Source of the DNA: an uncultured Pseudomonadales bacterium
Lineage (GTDB): Bacteria > Patescibacteriota > Microgenomatia > UBA1400 > UBA12028
Length of the DNA: 64,000 bases
Assembly (NCBI GenBank): GCA_964635905.1
Contig: CAZWPK010000001.1
Location: forward strand, 68,894-132,893
Direction: 5' to 3'
In this document: positions 61,125 through 64,000 of the stretch, in pieces
Numbering within the stretch: the first letter of the stretch is position 1
How the letters are laid out: each line of letters opens with the position of its first letter
Notes under the pieces: model-generated
Told to the model about the DNA's origin: nothing
Databases searched by the model: none
The model's input: only the letters and a program-made list of their open reading frames with translations
Program-made: the position numbers and the translations under genes

Positions 61125-62441
61125 ATGAAGGGTATTCTTCGCCAGTTTTTGCACACGTACTCTGGAGTCTTGAATGGACATAGAATGCTATGGATACTAG
61201 GCATTCTGATCTGTTTTGGACTAATATATTTCCCGCGGTATACGCTAGAGTTTGCGTTACGGCAAAAAAATCTTGAGGATGGATGGTCGGGAAATGGCAT
61301 GGTCACGCGAGCAATTACGAAGAATCCGGGACGATTCGTGTACAGTTTTGAGGGAATGGAGCTCTCCTCAACTCAAGAGCTAGCCGTTGGAAGCGTCTAT
61401 TCTGTTGTCGCCACCGTGCAACGAGAAGAGAAGCCTACGGCGATAGTCCGGTTACAGGCGAAGTCAATCCAAGCACAACCTACTCAAGGCAGTCAGCAGC
61501 TTCTCGGAAGCTATTTCAAGGCAATTGATGGCTTACAAACGCGCATGCAGCACCGTGTCTTTCAGGCATTTTACCCCGACACCGCCCAATTGTTATTAGG
61601 CTTTGCCATTGGAAAGCGCCCAGAAGCTACGTCGTCCTTAAACCAATTGCTTCAAGATACAGGGCTTCTCCATGTCGCGGTTGCCTCTGGTGCAAACATC
61701 GTGGTGATGGCCGCGTTGTTTCATGCGGTAATAAAGTATTTCACTCCCAAGAAGGTGTCAATAATACTGACGCTGTTTTGGGTATTCTCGTACGCAATCC
61801 TTACGGGCTTTGATCCATCGATTTTACGAGCTTTTTGGATGTTTGCCATTGTCCTTGCAGCGACTTGGGTCGGTAGAAGTGTGCCGGGGATACTAGCTCT
61901 TATCTACTCAGTGATGATTGGATTGATCTATCAACCTTTTTTAATCTATTCCTTATCGTTTCAGCTGAGTGTAGCAGCCACTGCAGGAATTTTATGCATT
62001 CATCCACTCTGGTTTTCCTCTGCCAACGAAGCTCTAACAGGAGTGCGATCGAAGCTGCAATCCCTGTTGCTCGATTACGCTGGAATCACCCTTTCCTCGA
62101 GTATCTGTGTGGCGCCGTTGCTACTGGTAGCCAAGGGTAGCTTCAATCTAGGCGGAATTTTGGCCAATACAGTAGTTGGTTGGATCTTGGAGCCCTTACA
62201 ATTCCTCTCGCTGGTCTATGCCATGGGATTTTTGGTTCCCAGAGGTAATCCGCTCCAATTCCTCGAGATTCCGTTGTGGTTTCTCTCGCAGCTGTGTCTT
62301 GGAGTTCTCACTGTCATTCGACCGAGCATCCAAGTCCCGATCCAGACAGAAAATCTCTCGGGACTCATTGTTGCATGCTATTACGGAATCCTCGTTTTGG
62401 GCTATCTTTTCCTTCTGGCACAGAGGGGTCGTAAGCGCTAG
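61125..62441 (+). CDS. comEC: ComEC/Rec2 competence channel (no MBL domain)
   Basis: TGLLHVAVASGAN, PSILRA, SFQLSVAATAGI, multiple TM helices. Confidence 0.92.
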   Translation: MKGILRQFLHTYSGVLNGHRMLWILGILICFGLIYFPRYTLEFALRQKNLEDGWSGNGMVTRAITKNPGRFVYSFEGMELSSTQELAVGSVYSVVATVQREEKPTAIVRLQAKSIQAQPTQGSQQLLGSYFKAIDGLQTRMQHRVFQAFYPDTAQLLLGFAIGKRPEATSSLNQLLQDTGLLHVAVASGANIVVMAALFHAVIKYFTPKKVSIILTLFWVFSYAILTGFDPSILRAFWMFAIVLAATWVGRSVPGILALIYSVMIGLIYQPFLIYSLSFQLSVAATAGILCIHPLWFSSANEALTGVRSKLQSLLLDYAGITLSSSICVAPLLLVAKGSFNLGGILANTVVGWILEPLQFLSLVYAMGFLVPRGNPLQFLEIPLWFLSQLCLGVLTVIRPSIQVPIQTENLSGLIVACYYGILVLGYLFLLAQRGRKR

Positions 62442-63063
62442 CTAGTCAGGCAGGGTGTATGGATTGATCAATAGGACTAAACCCACGTTTTTTATGGGTA
62501 AAGATCGGGACGCAATTACTCGAGGTAAAATAGCGAGTAATCGTTGCTAAAAAGTATATCGGTTTCGCCTATTCTGCGTACTTTGAAGTCTCTGTAGCGA
62601 CACTCTCTAATGGCTTGAATTCCGATTATTTTGAAGCTTAGTATAGAACTGTAGGCCCCCAACCTGTCAATAGGAAAGAAAAAGGTAAGAATCAAAAACG
62701 ACAATAACAACAACTACTGCATGATGACCATTGGGATGGTTTGTAGGGAACAACTCCCTACAACGGGCCAGTTTCTTACAAAAGTATCCGGGATCGTTGA
62801 TCCCATTCCACATCCATGGACCAAAAACCCTCAATGAAACTAAACACCAACGACAACCACGATGTAAAGCTGGTCCCAAAATAGCTCAAAATCCACGATC
62901 GCGGTTAGCAAAAGCAACCCACCTCAATACATCCTCTAATAAAAATACTTATAAGATAATGGGTGAAGTTTCGGGTCTAAGGGAAGGGGTGTTTAATTAC
63001 CTCTGGTAGATAATCCACTTTTAGCACTAGCGTGGCTACTACCTGAATCTTTGTAGTGGGTAG

Positions 63064-63087
63064 TTTAGCTTGATGTATCAAGCTAAA
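63064..63087. repeat. Perfect 11-bp inverted repeat with 2-nt spacer
   Basis: TTTAGCTTGAT-GT-ATCAAGCTAAA. Confidence 0.8.
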
Positions 63088-64000
63088 ACGCAATTAAGCG
63101 GGAAATAAAGGAGAGTAGAGAGGCCGAAGCAGAAAAATAGGCCTAGTATAAAATGCTATGAAGCTTTTGAGTTGTCTCCCGCAAAAACTGTGTTTTTTTA
63201 GTGATACCATGCCACCACGGGAATCGTCAATCCCAGACTCCGTTGTGGTGCCATCTTCCGAGCGCCTTCCACCGAATATTCATCGAAAATGAACAAGCCT
63301 CTCAAACGCCCATTTTGGTGTTTTTTACCGGATTACCTCATAAGAGGTGGACAGTAAAAATGACAAAACAACGTAAGATACTCGAGTAAAATCGCAGTCC
63401 GAACGAGTGATCTTTCTCTATTTTCGCAATTCTTCTCGAGAGAGGGCAATGGTTGCTACCACCGTTCTTGGCAAAACAATAAATGAATTCTTTTCAACAA
63501 ATCTATCGGAGGTAGTACCAAGCAGTCCTCCGATTTCCGCACTGGGTAGAACGTCAATCTTTTAGGGTAAACTGCCAACACTATTGCCTACGAAATCGAA
63601 ATGACGTTCCCAATGGCGAGGTAGTAACGAAAAGACAAAGCGATCGTCGTCTTTGCGAAAAACTAGTGAGACCATGACGATACAAAAACGATCATCAGTA
63701 ACACTAATAAAAAATGGGATGGGCCAATAGGACCTATAGTGGACAGAAAAACTATTGTTTTCTTCATACGATTTAAACAGCAGTAAAAGAGTAATAATAG
63801 TGAACATCGAAATAGACGGATAGAACAAGTAAAAACGGATAAAGAATGAGTTCTAAAAATAAACAAAAAGGAAACGATAAAAAGTGCAAGAACACTAAAC
63901 GTGTTCAATATAGCGTCAACTATTCGGTACTGTTACGGTAAATGAGCTAGTATGTTCGGGGAAAGACAGTGTATTGAGTACCGTGGACCATAAAACCACA

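Noticed and set aside
62516-63908. Short hydrophobic ORFs after comEC
   Set aside because: Mostly non-ATG starts, overlapping frames and no motifs. Their hydrophobicity follows from T-rich minus-strand composition.

Overview
Gene content and style (Rho tail, ObgE, LeuS, ComEA/ComEC, tandem type IV pilins, giant LamG and repeat proteins, tRNA-linked LAGLIDADG-like gene, mostly leaderless genes) suggest a Patescibacteria (CPR), probably Microgenomates-type, chromosome segment. This is inferred, not classified by search. The left 17 kb holds a split two-component cluster with a PRMT-like methyltransferase, a SAM decarboxylase with a possible riboswitch-like leader, two tRNA-Ala genes, an ABC-2 exporter and pilins. 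The centre (17.8-51.0 kb) is the most interesting part. A minus-strand block encodes a 4985-aa repeat fibre-like protein with an N-terminal MerR-type HTH and two LamG proteins. Divergently transcribed is an F1-type ATPase cluster (b-like, delta, alpha, gamma, beta, short epsilon, plus gpmI) with no subunit a or canonical subunit c. Its first gene instead fuses a carboxylate-less subunit-c-like hairpin to an exported domain that aligns by eye with a C-proximal domain of the giant protein. This suggests an ion-uncoupled rotary ATPase linked to a surface filament. The right part has orphan membrane genes with structured leaders, a VirB4/TraG-like ATPase, an antitoxin with a deleted toxin, leuS, comEA/comEC and a hairpin-rich non-coding tail. 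All calls come from reading motifs by eye; no database searches were run.
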